Assembly (NCBI GenBank): GCA_963734545.1 | Contig: CAVTHO010000008.1 | Coordinates: 32,001 to 96,000 of the forward strand | Direction: 5' to 3' | DNA from: an uncultured Spirochaetota bacterium | GTDB lineage: Bacteria > Spirochaetota > Spirochaetia > SZUA-6 > Fen-1364 | Length of the DNA: 64,000 nucleotides | Part shown: one piece after another, positions 25,575 through 40,406 of the stretch | How the letters are laid out: each line of letters opens with the position of its first letter | Numbering within the stretch: position 1 is the stretch's first letter | The notes under the pieces: model-generated | What the model saw: only the letters and a program-made list of their open reading frames with translations | Database searches by the model: none | Told to the model about the DNA's origin: nothing | Made by a program: the position numbers and the translations under genes

Positions 25575-26230
25575 ACCTTCCTCCATGTGACCCGTGCCCC
25601 CGTCTCGTCGATGCTGACAAGGGCGTAGCTTCCGTTCTTGAACGGACCGATATTCACACAGTGCGCTCGGCCGAGAGTGTCCTCTCCGGCGGACTCGTGG
25701 ATATGCCCGCAGATGCAAAGGTCCACGGCTCCGGCAAGGAGAAACTCCCGCACTGCCTCAGATCCTACGTGCAGGCCGGTAAAGCTTCGGTCGAGCCTGG
25801 TGCCCCGGGGAGGCGCATGAGACACGAGCACCTTGTACGGCGCCTGCGCGATGCCGGGCAGCCCTGAGGCGAGAATCCTCCCTGCCTCGAGCTCCGTTAT
25901 TTCCCACGGCGTGCCGAAAGGAGAAGGAGTTCCGCCTCCCAGGCCCATGAATCCTACACCTTCGAGCACGATTCCACGGCCGTGGATGTTGATTCCCTTT
26001 TCATCGAGACAGCGCCTCGCGCCTTCCCGGTCCATGTTCCCCCCCACGGCGACAAGGGGGATTCCCGTCGCGAGCAGCGGGGCGAGTATCGCTTCCGCCT
26101 CTGCATGGCCTCCCAGGTGGGTGAGGTCCCCTGCAACGACAACCAGGTCCAAGCCGGCCGCATCACGGAGAAGCACATCCTTCAGCCCCGCGCCCTCCCC
26201 ATGGATGTCAGCAAGGCAGAGGAGATTCAC
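25571..26230 (-). CDS. Calcineurin-like metallophosphoesterase
   Basis: LADIHG, AGDLT, GNMD, SHAPP, CGHIHE motifs; stop overlaps the tkt start (ATGA). Confidence 0.9.
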   Translation of the reverse strand: MNLLCLADIHGEGAGLKDVLLRDAAGLDLVVVAGDLTHLGGHAEAEAILAPLLATGIPLVAVGGNMDREGARRCLDEKGINIHGRGIVLEGVGFMGLGGGTPSPFGTPWEITELEAGRILASGLPGIAQAPYKVLVSHAPPRGTRLDRSFTGLHVGSEAVREFLLAGAVDLCICGHIHESAGEDTLGRAHCVNIGPFKNGSYALVSIDETGARVTWRKV

Positions 26231-26310
26231 AAAGGCGCGCCGCCCGGAGGGCGGCATCCACGAGAGTGGTGATGTGTCCCGGTCGTGCCCATGCAGTTTC
26301 AGACGCCTGC

Positions 26311-27857
26311 CTAGTGGTGCCGCCTCCTGCGCTTCTTGTTCTTGCGGGAGCCCGAATGCCCGATGAAAGCGGTCACGTTTCCCGCGGGCGCAGGGGCAGG
26401 CTGACCGGCGGGACCCTGTTGTGCGGGCATCGGCTGTCCGGCCTCTGGTGATGGCATCCCGGGGACTGCACCGGTCAAGCCGACGGGCTCAGCGACAAGC
26501 TCCTCCGTCTCCGACTCATCATCAGCTTCGACCACGGCCTCCACCTCGACAGCCTCCATCTCCGCTGTCTTCTGCTGCACCGGTTCGGCCCCGCTCCCGA
26601 TCCCGTACTTGTCCATCTCCCGCTTCTTGCGGCGCCGGTCCATGGCCCGGGTCCACTCGAGCACGATGAATGAGGAGATGAACGTGGAGTAGGTTCCCTC
26701 GACGATACCCACGATCATGTTGAGGGAGAAGTTCTTCATGCGAGCCGCTGGTGAGCAGGAACAGCGCGATGACTGTGAGCAGGGTGGCGCCGGATGTGAT
26801 GAACGTCCGGCTCAGGGTCTGGGTGACGCTCGTATCCAGGATGGACCGCAGCGGTGTTCCCCGCATGAGGTTCTTGTTTTCGCGTACCCGGTCGAAGATG
26901 ACGATGGTGTCATTGATCGAGTAGCCGAGGATGGTCAGGATTGCCGCGATGGTCGCGGCGTCTATCTCCACCCTGAAGACCGCGTCAAACGCCAGCATGA
27001 CAAGGCGCGTCGTGCATGATCCCGATGACTGCCGCCACCGCGTAGATGGGAGGGTGGAATCGGAACATCATGTAGACGAGGATCAGCGCAACCGCGATGA
27101 GCACCAGCCAGATGGCCTGTGCAGCCGAGGCTCTGCGCCACACGGCGGCCGACGAAGTCCGTGCTCTTCAGGATGACCTGGCCGACTCCGTATTTCGCTT
27201 CCAGAACCTTTCTCAGGTTGTTCTCCGTGGTGGTCTGGAATGTCGGGTCTTCTGTCTTGGCTTCCAGCCGTGTGATGAACTCCTGGTTGACAGGCGCACC
27301 GACGACCTGGAGCTCGTGCCTGCCCCATCGGCGCGAGGGTCGCGCGCATGTCGGCGAGGTTGGTCTGCACGCCCCTGCCGGGGCCCGGGGAGAGGTTGAT
27401 GTACACGGGCATGCCCGTGATGTCCTGCGGGCCGGATCAGCGGCAGAAGCTGGGTCGGAACAGCATCCAGGCTCCCCACCGGCTGGACCGTCAGCCCGGG
27501 AACCTGTGCAACAGCGGCAGTCAGATCGCGCACGCTGGCGAAGCTCGGAGTACCGGAAGGGGTAGTCTGTCCTCGTGCCGTCCTTGGTGCTGGTGATGGT
27601 GATGATGATGTCACCGGCGGAGGTGAGGGCCTGCTCACCCGCGGGGATCGAGATCTCCGCCTTGTCGGTGCCCGTTGTACTGGACGGTGAAGCTGGCCGG
27701 CGCAACCTGGAACTGCAGCGCGATGCCCGCCTTGAAGTCGACGCCGAGGTTGAAGCCGCTGATTGACGATGTATCCGACCACGCCGATGAGAACGAGAAG
27801 GGCGGAGAAGGCGAAGAAGAAGTAGCGCGCCTTCGAGAACTGGATGACTCTCTTCAT
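26311..27857 (-). CDS. secF: Protein translocase subunit SecF with an enlarged periplasmic region and acidic C-terminal tail (frameshifted)
   Basis: IAAILTILGYSINDTIVIFDRVREN, SVTQTLSRTFITS, GTYSTFIS. Confidence 0.9.
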
Positions 27858-29598
27858 GCGATCTTTCTCCAGGTGACCCAGGATCTTCTTGACCTTGAGC
27901 ACCTCCACGTTGAAGTCGAAGATGAGCCGGGAGACGAAGACCGCGGAGAACAGCGTCGCAAGGTTGCCGACCGCGAGGGTCACGGCGAAGCCCTGGATGC
28001 TGCCCTTGGCGAGCTGGGTCAGGACGAGTGCGGCGATGATCGTGGTGATGTTCGAGTCCGCGATGGCCAGGAACGCCCGGTCGAATCCGGACTTCACCAC
28101 GGCCTGCGTCGTCTTGCCCAGCCGCATCTCCTCCTTCATCCTCTCGAAGATCAGCACGCTCGCATCGACCGCCATGCCGACGTTGAGCACGAGACCCGCG
28201 ATTGCCGCCAGGGTGAGGGTGAAGCCGAAGACGGAAAGGATGGAGACGATGAGGTAGAGGTTGAGGATCTGGGCGATGATGGCGTTCAGACCCGCCCGGC
28301 GGTAGTACAGCAGCATGAACAGGAACACCAGGGCGAGCCCGAGCACGCTCGCCTTGATGTCCCTGGCTGATGGCGTCCTGTCCCAGGGAGGCGCCGATGG
28401 CCTGCTGGCTGATGATCTCCAGCGGCACCGGCAGCGAGCCCGTGCGCAGGGTGAGGGCGAGGTCGGTGGCTTCCTCGATCTTGAACCCGCTGACACTGCA
28501 CCTGGTCACGGATGGGCTCCTGGATGGTCGCCTGAGCCTTGACCTTGTTGTCCAGCGCAACGGCGAGCCGCTTGCCCACGTTGGCGCTGGTGAGCTTGTA
28601 GAAGGTCTCCCCGCCCGCGGAGGTCAGGATGAAGTTGACCGTCGGCTGGCCCGTGACCGGGTCCCGGCCGACCTGCGCGTTCCTGATCTCCGTCCCGTTC
28701 AGACCCGACCTCCTCGTGCAGGACCGTGTAGCCCTTCAGCTCGTCCAGGCCGTAGGAGTCCTTGTCGAAAACGCCGCGCAGCACGTCACCCTTGGGAATG
28801 ACGGCCAGCACGCCCGGTGTCCTTGACGTTTCCCGCGGCGTCCAGGAGGACGCCGGGATTGGTCGCCGCGTACTCCTTGACCTTTGCCAGGGCATCCGTC
28901 ATCCACGATGTGGAACGTGAGGGAGCCCTTGCCCATGATGAACCGGCGCACGGTCTCGGGGTCCGAGGTACCGGGGATCTCGATGATGATCTTGTCGTTC
29001 CCCTGCGTGCGGATGGAGGGATCGGTGAGACCGAACTGGTCGATCTTGTTCCGCAGCACCTCCAGCGTCGTGCTTCATCTTGTCCTCACGCTGCGGCAGG
29101 CGTTCAGCGTGGTCTTGTTCGGTCTTCTCGAAGGCGGCGTAGTCCACCTGGATGGTGACGTACATGCCGCCGCGCAGGTCCAGACCGAGCTGCATGGTCT
29201 GGTTCTTCAGGTCCTTGAGCGCGAACATCTGGTCGCGGTACCAGTCCTCCGCGTCCGCCGCGATGTCCGCGCGGCTGGTGTAGGCCTGCAGGACGTCCTG
29301 CACCGTCCACGTGGCGGGGGCGTTCTTGTTGGCGGTCTTGTAGCGCGCCGCTGGCCTTCGGGACCAGGAACGAGTACTCCGCGGGCAGCGGGATCGGCGC
29401 GCGTTCATGGCGACGAGCTTCTTGATGGCCTCGTCCGCCCGCTCCTGCGCGTACACCTTGATCTGGTTGCGCGAGCTTTCCGCCATGTCCTTGTCCGCCT
29501 GCGGCGTCAGGAAATACCACCTGATGGAGGGCCACACGAAGTAGAAGCCGACGCGCGATGACGGCAAGGATGATGAGGAACCGGTACCGCTTTTTCAT
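27854..29598 (-). CDS. secD: Protein translocase subunit SecD (frameshifted)
   Basis: LGLDLRGG, LRNKIDQFGLTDPSIR, LRTGSLPVPL, GMAVDASVLIFERMKEE, IADSNITT, QGFAVTL. Confidence 0.93.
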
Positions 29599-29606
29599 GA
29601 AATCTG

Positions 29607-29982
29607 TTACTCCTTGGAGTCTCCCGAATCACCCTTGCGTTCGAGGACCTGGGAGACGGCGCTCTTGGAGAACTTGAGCTTCATGTTGTCGTCGACCTTC
29701 AGCACGACCGCGTCTTCCTTCACGGATTCCACGGTGCCGTGCAAGCCGCCGATCGTGACCACCCGGTCGCCCTTCGTGATGCTCTGCAGCATCTTCTTCG
29801 CGTCCTTCTGCTTCTTGTTCTGCGGCCGGATCACCAGGAAGTAGAAGACGACGATGATGAGGCCGAAGGTCACGAGCATGGTGACAAGCTGCGTGCTGCC
29901 TCCGCCGCCCGCCGCGCCGCCCGCGCCTGACCCGTCCGGGCATGCCGAGCATCAGGGGGAGAAAATTGGATATGGCTGTCAT
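29607..29982 (-). CDS. yajC: Preprotein translocase subunit YajC (frameshift near the N-terminus)
   Basis: FYFLVIRPQNKKQK...KGDRVVTIGGLHGTV; directly upstream of secD. Confidence 0.93.
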
Positions 29983-30054
29983 ATGGTGTCCTTAAAATGA
30001 AGATAAATAACCGCGCAACCATAGCATGAAGCCGGAGCGAGCGTCAACAGGAGC

Positions 30055-30747
30055 CTATGCCCGCATCCGCGCCCGCCGGTTCACGTCCGCTTCTTCGATT
30101 CTGAGTATCCGTGAGACGACCCGCAGCCGGCGCGAAAAAACGGTTTCGACGCGCGAGGAGGCGTCGCGGACCTCGCGCATCCGCTCGACCAGGTATTCCA
30201 GGGCGGCTCCCGTCTTTTCGATCTCCGGCAAGGGGCATCTCGGCGAGGTCGGCGTCCGTCGCTCCCAGGTCCGGGCCGGCCAGGCGCAGGATGTTGCCGA
30301 TCTCCGCCAGGGTGTAGTTGAACGCCTGCAGGTCCTTGATGAAGGAGAGCAGGACCACGTCGCCGGGCCGGTAGAGCCGGAACCCTCCCTCGGTGCGCCG
30401 GTGCGGGCGCGATCAGCCCCTTTTCCTCCCAGAACTTGATGGTGCGGACGTTGATGCCGCTCTTGCTCGGCAAGCTCGCCGATGGTGAGGAAATCGCTGC
30501 GCGAGACGTAGCGGCCCTTCTCGTCCTTGACGGGAAGCCCGACGCTGCGCTTGATCTTCTGGATTTCGGGAAGCGCGTAGCCCAGGGAGCAGAACTTCTT
30601 GATCAGCTCCCCTTCCTCGATGGCCGACTCGGGGAACAGGTCCCCGCGGCCGGAGAGCGGAGCAAGAAGCTCGTTCTCCGTCCACTCTTCCAGCTCTCGC
30701 GGGGTGAGCCTCAGGCGCTGGAGGAGCTCTTCACGGGTCAGCTCCAC
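30055..30747 (-). CDS. MerR-family regulator with two tandem HTH modules (frameshifted)
   Basis: First module LTREELLQRLRLTPRELEEW...GYALPEIQKI; second module LTIGELAE(K)SGINVRTIKFWEEKGLIAP...GGFRLY...NYTLAEI. Confidence 0.78.
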   Translation of the reverse strand: MELTREELLQRLRLTPRELEEWTENELLAPLSGRGDLFPESAIEEGELIKKFCSLGYALPEIQKIKRSVGLPVKDEKGRYVSRSDFLTIGELAEQERHQRPHHQVLGGKGADRARTGAPREGSGSTGPATWSCSPSSRTCRRSTTPWRRSATSCAWPARTWERRTPTSPRCPLPEIEKTGAALEYLVERMREVRDASSRVETVFSRRLRVVSRILRIEEADVNRRARMRA

Positions 30748-30757
30748 GACAGCCCCT

Positions 30758-31053
30758 TCAGACGACTGTGACCTTCTTCACTCCCTCGGGAACCCCGAAG
30801 ACGCCGAAGATCCTCTTCAGCTCCTCCACCGACGCACCGGGGTCTCGTACGCCCGTTGTAAAGGGCGAGCACCTCTTCCAGTTCCTGCGGGGTTGCCGCT
30901 GAAGATGGCCGAGCAGACGCGCCTGCTTGAAGAGTCCTGCCTCGGCGAGCTGGCGCGGGTCGAGCGCGAGCCGTACCTGCGCAGCAGCCTGCCGTCGATG
31001 ATGGCGGTGCTTCCCTCGAAACCGATGCAGAAGACGAAGTCCTCCCTGCGCAT
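30758..31053 (-). CDS. Small hypothetical protein (frameshifted)
   Basis: MRREDFVFCIGFEGSTAIID...EELKRIFGVFGVPEGVKKVTVV reconstructed across frames; coding-like; promoter-like elements upstream. Confidence 0.6.
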
Positions 31054-31138
31054 GCCGCAATCCTGACAGATAGGCCCGGGTTGTGCAAGCTGCGCCGACT
31101 CCGCCCTTCCGCGGTACCCCGCGGAGTTGAGCGGAAGG

Positions 31139-33964
<2,826 letters not shown>

Positions 33965-34096
33965 TCACGCGCGAGTAATTTGAGCGTGTCTGTCGCTTTT
34001 GTAGCTAAGATACAGAAAGAGTCCGAATTCATCAAGTGGTTTTTATGCGATTGAGCGAGGTTGCGCTTCTGGCCGTGCTCTGATACAAAAGGAAGG

Positions 34097-35715
34097 ATGA
34101 AGAGACGGAATGGCAGGCGGCTGTGCCTGGGATTCCAGTGGGACGCCGGATCCTGGGATGATGCCCCCCTCTGGTGTGACTACCTCTTCACCCGGCTCGA
34201 CGGGCAAAGGGTGCATTGGAACCTTCCCGCCTTCCCCCCGGACGGTCCGGTGCGCAAACGCGCGTCCCTCGCAAAATCCCTTCATGACCGCATACAACGA
34301 AACGGTGACGCTCTTGCTTCCATGGGATTTTCCGGAGCCTGCCATCCCCTTCTCAATCTGGACGAGCTGGACAAGGAGCTCTCGTGGGGAATGAAAAATC
34401 CATGGGGAACCGGACTCACCGATGTGCTGAACCTCCGCACGCACGTCCTCATTCCCCGGGTACCCGATCTCGTGCGCCCGGACGCGCGGCGGCTGTACGC
34501 GGATCGGGGGTTCAGTCTCGTCGGCATCTGTGACACCCCGTCGCACGCATCGGCCGCCTGCGGCGACGGATTCTTCCACGCCATCAGGCTGAGCGTGGCA
34601 GCCGCGGGCCCGACGGACCCCGACTTCCGCAGAGTGCGGCGGCTCATCGCCTCCTCGGGAGACGTTTTCGTGCTGCTGGATCTCACCGGGCTCACCCTGG
34701 CGGGCCCGCTGGAGCGCGCGACCGAGGAGCTCATCGGCCCTCTCCTCGGCTCCGACAGCTCGGTGTTCTCCCTTATCGCCGAGTCACCGGCCTCATCGTC
34801 TCCTGCCCCGACTTCCGGCGCGTCCCCGCGCGCGGATTGGTCGCTTTTCCCTGCCTCGGTCCTCCGCGCCCGGTTGAAAGCCACCGCGGCGCTCGCCAGG
34901 AGAAAGAGAAAGAAGACAGAGGAGTACCAGGACCTGCTCTCCACGCTCGCCCGGTCGGACGTGCCGGCGCGGCAGGCGGAGGCGGGGGAAGAGCAATCCC
35001 CCAACCGCCTGCGGCTGGTCGCGCACATGCTGGGAGACGTCGCGCTGGCGGGAAAGGATTTCGACGTCAAGCTGTCCGGCGGCCGGTTCTGCGGCATCAC
35101 GCGCCGGGGGAGCTGGCTTCTGCCCCCCGGCCGGCGCTCTCGTACCTCAAGATGCAGGGCAGGACCACCCCGTTTCGGACGCTCAGCTCCTTTTCCTTCG
35201 AGGGAGAAAACGGGACCGGCCTGCGGGAGGAGCTGGGCATCGAGGGAGAGAGCGGCACCGCGCTCAGCATCGAGTACTCGTTCTGCAACGACTCCCCCCT
35301 GCTGTCGGTCACGGCAGAGATAAGCTATCCCCGTCTCGCTGCCGCGCGCGTGGTGGAGGAGTACGCTCCCCTCGCCATCACGCTTGCCGAGCTGCCGAAG
35401 GGCGGAACCGTTACCCTGGAGGCGACCGCCCCGGATGAAAGCGCGGCCACCGTCACTCTGTCGGAGAAGAGCGGATGGGTCCTGCTCCCCGGCGCGGTCC
35501 ACAGGATCGCGCGCGCTGACGGCGGGTCCATCCACCTGCAATTCTCCCCCCGTGAAGGAAAGAGGTGGGGAATCCCCTTCTTCCGGGTCGTGAAGGCGCG
35601 CGGCGGCCGATTCCTGGAGATGAATCCCTTCGGCAGCTACTCGCCCGTTCCCGCCGCCGTGCTGGGCGGGAAGCGGGAGTCCTTTTCCCTGCTCCTCGGA
35701 CTGGACGACCCCTGA
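34097..35715 (+). CDS. Hypothetical protein (~540 aa, one frameshift near 35130)
   Basis: Two long overlapping + ORFs (34061-35323 and 34837-35715) with coding-like halves; GGAAGG before ATG 34097; no recognised family. Confidence 0.6.
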
Positions 35716-35717
35716 CG

Positions 35718-36369
35718 ATGCCCGGCATCGACTTCTTCGACGTGGATCACACCCTCACGCGGCGATCATCCGGCACCCGGTTCGTCGGGCTCGCGATGCA
35801 GCAGAAGAGTGCTTCCCCTCCGGCTGCTCCTCGTCATGCCGTGGTACTCGCTCACGTACAGGCTGGGACTGTTCAAAATGAAAGAGTACGTGGACGGCTT
35901 TCCCTACCTTCGCGGAATCCAGCGGACCACGCTGGAAGAGATTGCAGAGGACAGCTTCGAGGGCCGCCTGAAGGGGGACCTGTTCGAAGAAGCGGTCATG
36001 CTCGTCCGACAGCGGCGCGCGGAGGGGCGGCGCGTGATACTCGCCACCTCCTCGATCGACCTCATCGTCGCGCCTCTGGCCGCGCACCTGGGAGTCGACG
36101 GGATGCTCGCCACGACCCTGCAGTTCGAGGACGGGGTCTGTACCGGACGGATCGCCGGCACGCCCATGTTCCGGAGGGAAAAGAAGAACCGGGTGCTGGC
36201 GTATCTTGCCTCGGAAGGAGTGTCTGCCTCCGAATGCTCCTTCTACTCGGACAGCATCTACGACCTCCCCCTGCTCGAGGAGGTCGGCAGGCCCGTGGCC
36301 GTGAATCCGGATTTCAGGCTGCGCCGCATCGCGCGCCGCCGTGGCTGGCCCATCGTCAATCTGTCCTGA
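35718..36369 (+). CDS. HAD-IB family hydrolase (SerB-like)
   Basis: FFDVDHTL motif I, LATSS, K, FYSDSIYDLPLLEEVGRPVAVNPD. Confidence 0.9.
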
Positions 36370-37096
36370 GCTCACCCTGCTCGATGCGCTGGAGGCGGCC
36401 GTTCCCGGTCAGAAGGACGAGCCTGCCCTGCTCGTCCACATCGCTCAGAATCCCTGACGCGCGCCGACCCGATCCCAGGAGATCCACGCTCACCTGCCGC
36501 CCCCGCGCATACAGCCGCGCCTGCAGCTTCTCCCGCCACCCGGAATCGGTCAGGACCTCCTTCAGCCGGGCCAGCAGGGAAGCGAGCAGCGCAAAACGAG
36601 CCACCACGCGGCCGCTCGCCTGAAGCAGGGAGCAGGCGGAGTCTGCCAGCTCCGGCGGAAACGAAGTCTGCGTGAGATTCACGCCGAGCCCTATGAGACC
36701 GACGCTGCCGAACGCTTCGCACAGCAGGCCGGCGAATTTCTTTCCGTCGCACACCAGGTCGTTGGGCCACTTGATCCGGGGCGCGATGCCGGCCGACTCC
36801 TCCACGGCGAGCGCCACTGCAACCCCCGCGCGCAGGGGCAGCTGCTGCAGGGAGAATGCGGTCTCCGAAAGGTCCACGACCACCGTTGCGAGCAGGCTCT
36901 CCCCGGGCGCGGAGCTCCACACCCGGCCCGGCACCCTCCCCCTCCCCTTCTCCTGGAAATCCGCCACAACGACGGTGCCGCTCGGACAGCCGGCCCGCGC
37001 GAGCTCGCGCGCGTCATCCATGGTAGACGAGGTCCGTTCCCGCACGTATATGGGGGCCCCGGCCCACGGGTTGATGATGCCCGGGCTTGTCTCCAT
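36356..37096 (-). CDS. birA: Biotin--protein ligase (no HTH domain)
   Basis: TSSTMD, QEKGRGR..RVWSS, IKWPNDL, KFAGLL, IGLGVN. Confidence 0.93.
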   Translation of the reverse strand: METSPGIINPWAGAPIYVRERTSSTMDDARELARAGCPSGTVVVADFQEKGRGRVPGRVWSSAPGESLLATVVVDLSETAFSLQQLPLRAGVAVALAVEESAGIAPRIKWPNDLVCDGKKFAGLLCEAFGSVGLIGLGVNLTQTSFPPELADSACSLLQASGRVVARFALLASLLARLKEVLTDSGWREKLQARLYARGRQVSVDLLGSGRRASGILSDVDEQGRLVLLTGNGRLQRIEQGELRTD

Positions 37097-37123
37097 ACGG
37101 CCAATTATGTACCATTTTCTGCT

Positions 37124-38623
37124 ATGGAGGAGAACCCGCTGCTCGCGGGGCTGGGCCTGCCCCGAGAGCCGCAGCCGTTGACGTTGGTGATATTCGGCGC
37201 GAGCGGCGATCTCACCAGACGCAAGCTCAGTTCCCGCCCTCTTCTCCCTGTACATGAAGGGGGCCATCACCGGGGTCAGGATCGTCGGTTTCGCCCGCCG
37301 GGAGTGGGACACGGCGACTTTCCGCGCGCTCGTGCGGAAGATGCTGGACGCGGAAGATTCGGCCGGTGCGGATGCGGAATTGAAGGATACCTTTGCGGAG
37401 GGGGTAGGATTTATCCGCTCCTCGTTCGAATCCCCGGAAGGATACGCGGAAATACAGGAGAAATACCCCAGTCCCGCCAACAGGATCTTTTACCTGGCGG
37501 CGCCTCCGGACGCCTACCAGGTCATCTGGAGCGCATCGGGGCGGCGGGCCTTGCTGACCAGTCCCGCGGCTTTTCCCGTGTGATTGTGGAGAAACCGCTG
37601 GGACGTGACCTGGCGAGCGCGCGCTCTCTCAACGAGCGCATCTCCCAGACCTTTCCCGAGGACCAGATCTACCGCATCGACCACTATCTGGGCAAGGAGA
37701 CGGTGCAGAATATCATGCTGATGCGCTTCGGCAACGGCATCTTCGAGCCGGTCTGGAACAAGCGCTACGTCGACCACGTGCAGATCACCATGGCGGAAAC
37801 CATCGGCGTCGGCACCCGGGGCCGCTACTACGAGAGCGCGGGCGCCCTCCGGGACATGATGCAGAACCACATGCTGCAGCTTCTCTCTCTGGTGGCCATG
37901 GAGCCGCCGGTGGACCTCGATCCCGACAGCATCCACGATGAAAAGGTGAAAGTGCTGAAATCCATCGCGCCCATCACCGGCGGGCTTGTGCGCACGGAAA
38001 CGGTGCGGGGCCAGTACGAGCGGGGCATCGTGGACGGTGAGGAGGCTCTCGCCTACAGGGAAGAGGACGGCGTGGGTCCGGGCTCGCACACGGAGACATT
38101 CGCCGCCCTGCGCGTCTTCCTGCAGTCCTGGCGTTGGGCAGGGGTGCCGTTTCTTCTCCGGACGGGCAAGATGCTGTCGCGGCGCACCACGGAGATCTCC
38201 ATTCACTTCAAGCAGCCGCCCCTGCTGCTGTTCGCGGACCGGGACCCTGCCGGCACGCCGCCGAACGTCCTGACCTTTCGCATCCAGCCGCAGGAGGGAA
38301 TCACCATGGGATTCAACTCCAAGATTCCCGGGCCCACGACCGAGATGCGGACGGTGAACATGGATTTCTCGTACGGATCGGCATTCGGAGACGACCTCCC
38401 CGACGCGTATGAGAGGCTTCTGCTCGACGCCATGCTGGGCGATTCGACCCTCTACATGCGGAATGACGAGGTGGATTCCGCGTGGGGATTCATCACTGAA
38501 ATCCTGCAGGGGTGGGAGCGCACGGCGGAGCCCGCGCTCTCCCTGTATCGCGCGGGAAGCTCGGGACCGGAGGCCGCGGCCCGGCTCCTGGGCTCACCCG
38601 AGCGGAAGTGGAGGAGACTGTGA
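37124..38623 (+). CDS. zwf: Glucose-6-phosphate 1-dehydrogenase (compensating frameshifts)
   Basis: IFGASGDLTRRKL, EKPLG, YRIDHYLGKETVQN, RDMMQNHMLQ, RWAGVPF, DAYERLL. Confidence 0.97.
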   Translation: MEENPLLAGLGLPREPQPLTLVIFGASGDLTRRKLSSRPLLPVHEGGHHRGQDRRFRPPGVGHGDFPRARAEDAGRGRFGRCGCGIEGYLCGGGRIYPLLVRIPGRIRGNTGEIPQSRQQDLLPGGASGRLPGHLERIGAAGLADQSRGFSRVIVEKPLGRDLASARSLNERISQTFPEDQIYRIDHYLGKETVQNIMLMRFGNGIFEPVWNKRYVDHVQITMAETIGVGTRGRYYESAGALRDMMQNHMLQLLSLVAMEPPVDLDPDSIHDEKVKVLKSIAPITGGLVRTETVRGQYERGIVDGEEALAYREEDGVGPGSHTETFAALRVFLQSWRWAGVPFLLRTGKMLSRRTTEISIHFKQPPLLLFADRDPAGTPPNVLTFRIQPQEGITMGFNSKIPGPTTEMRTVNMDFSYGSAFGDDLPDAYERLLLDAMLGDSTLYMRNDEVDSAWGFITEILQGWERTAEPALSLYRAGSSGPEAAARLLGSPERKWRRL

Positions 38624-39607
38624 GCGCCCTCCTCAACCCGCGTGTCATCGAGCAGGAAATCGCCAGGATCCGGGAGAAGGAATCCAACCCCTATTCATCC
38701 GGGGTCAAGACGAATCTTTTTTCCCTGGTTGTTTTCCGGCAGGAGGGCGCTGTCCGGCCGGGGAGCCTGACCCGGCCGAAACCGCGCTGCAGTACATGCT
38801 CGGCAAGCGCCCCGCGCGCATCATCACCATCACGAAGGCGCGCGCCCCGGGGACCGAGGTGTGGGTGAGCGGCCGCTGCTTCCCCGACAAGAGGAACCGC
38901 GGGGTCTGCTTCGAGGAAGTCCACATCGAGAGCGGGGAGGACGGCGTGGGACTGGATCCCGGCGCATGGGCCCCTCTGCTCATACGCGACTTGCCGGTTT
39001 TCGCATGGATCCCCGACGGCCTGGGCACGGACGGGGGGACGTGGGAGGGCGCCCTCCTGAAGGCCGCGGGTCTCATCGACAAGCTGCTCGTGGATTCCGC
39101 GCGTCTGTCATCAGGACAGGCGGAGCCGCGCGAAGTATTGGGCGCGGTGCGGCAGCTGAGGGAGAGGACCGCCGGGCGCTTTCCTGCTCTCCGATTTCTC
39201 CTGGCGGCGCAGCAGGGTGCTGCGCGAGCAGACGCGCGCGCGCGTTCGATCCCCCCGGCATCCGGCCCTTCCTCGCCTCCATCCAGAGCGTCCGCCTGTA
39301 CGGAGGATCGAAGTTCGAGGCGTCTCTCTTCTTTCTCTGGCTTCGGGTGAGGCTGGGAAGGGAGATACTCGCGGATCATGCGGCGACGGGCTCTCTTGCG
39401 GAGGGGTTTCGCGTCACCTTCAAGCTCGCCGGCGCGCCTGATGTGGACATCGGCTGCACGAAGGGCGGGTGTCTCTCCCGCGGCGAGGAGAAGGGCGCGT
39501 ACAGGTTCCCCACCGATGGTGAGATCCTCCTGGAGGAAGTGGACACCCTCTCGCGGGACCCGGTTTTCTTGGAGGTGCTCGCCCATGCGGGACGCCCCGA
39601 CGCCTGA
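38620..39607 (+). CDS. opcA: OpcA-like G6PD assembly/effector protein (frameshifted)
   Basis: Overlaps the zwf stop; KTNLFSLVV, RPARII, CFEEV, PLLIRDLPVFAW, DKLLVDS, LLEEVDTLSRDPVF. Confidence 0.78.
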
Positions 39608-40406
39608 CCGGGAGGGCGCGTTTCCTCCCTCTCTCCCCCGGACGATTGTGGCGGAGGATGCGCGCGCGCTTGCCGAGCAGGCGGGCAGTCTCCTGCTTTC
39701 CACTATAGAAGACTCCCTGACCGTCCGCGGACGCGCCCGTGTCATCCTGGCAGGGGGCGGCACGCCGAGGGAGACGTATGCGCTCCTGGGAGAGGGCTTG
39801 CGCGCGCGGAAAGTCCCCGTAGAGAGGCTGGCGTGGTTTTTCGGTGACGAGCGCTGGGTGAACCGAACCCACCCGCAGTCGAATGAGGGCATGGCACGCG
39901 AGACACTCCTGACGGGGATCGGCGCCCCGGAGGAAACCATCCACTCCTGGGACGCGGGATGGGGAAATCCGGTGGAGTGCGCCCGGACATACGGCGGCCG
40001 GGTCAGGGAGCTGATGGGCGGCACCGCGGACGCTCCCGACCTTCTCATCCTCGGGCTCGGCGCGGACGGGCACACTGCCTCGCTCTTTCCCGGTGCCACC
40101 GCACACCTGCCCGGCGGCGCGCGCGTTGCCGTCTCTTCCGACATGCCCGGGGAGGCGGCCGCGGTGCAGGGAATCGCGGAGCGAGGATGGCGGTTGACCC
40201 TCTGCCCGGTTTTCCTTAGAACTTCCCGATGCGTTGTTTTCCTGGTCGCCGGGGCGGACAAGGCGCCGGCCCTGCGCCGGGCCCGGGCCGGCGAGAGCGC
40301 GACCCCTGCCGCCTGGATCAGGGGAGCGGCCACCTGGTTCGTCGCAACGCGCGAGGCAATGGGCACCGAGGAGCCGGGATACGGGAGGGAAATCCTGCAT
40401 GCGTGA
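39585..40406 (+). CDS. pgl: 6-phosphogluconolactonase
   Basis: LAGGGTP, FFGDERWV, SNEGMA, LGLGADGHTASLFPG, RLTL. Confidence 0.95.
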   Translation: MRDAPTPDREGAFPPSLPRTIVAEDARALAEQAGSLLLSTIEDSLTVRGRARVILAGGGTPRETYALLGEGLRARKVPVERLAWFFGDERWVNRTHPQSNEGMARETLLTGIGAPEETIHSWDAGWGNPVECARTYGGRVRELMGGTADAPDLLILGLGADGHTASLFPGATAHLPGGARVAVSSDMPGEAAAVQGIAERGWRLTLCPVFLRTSRCVVFLVAGADKAPALRRARAGESATPAAWIRGAATWFVATREAMGTEEPGYGREILHA

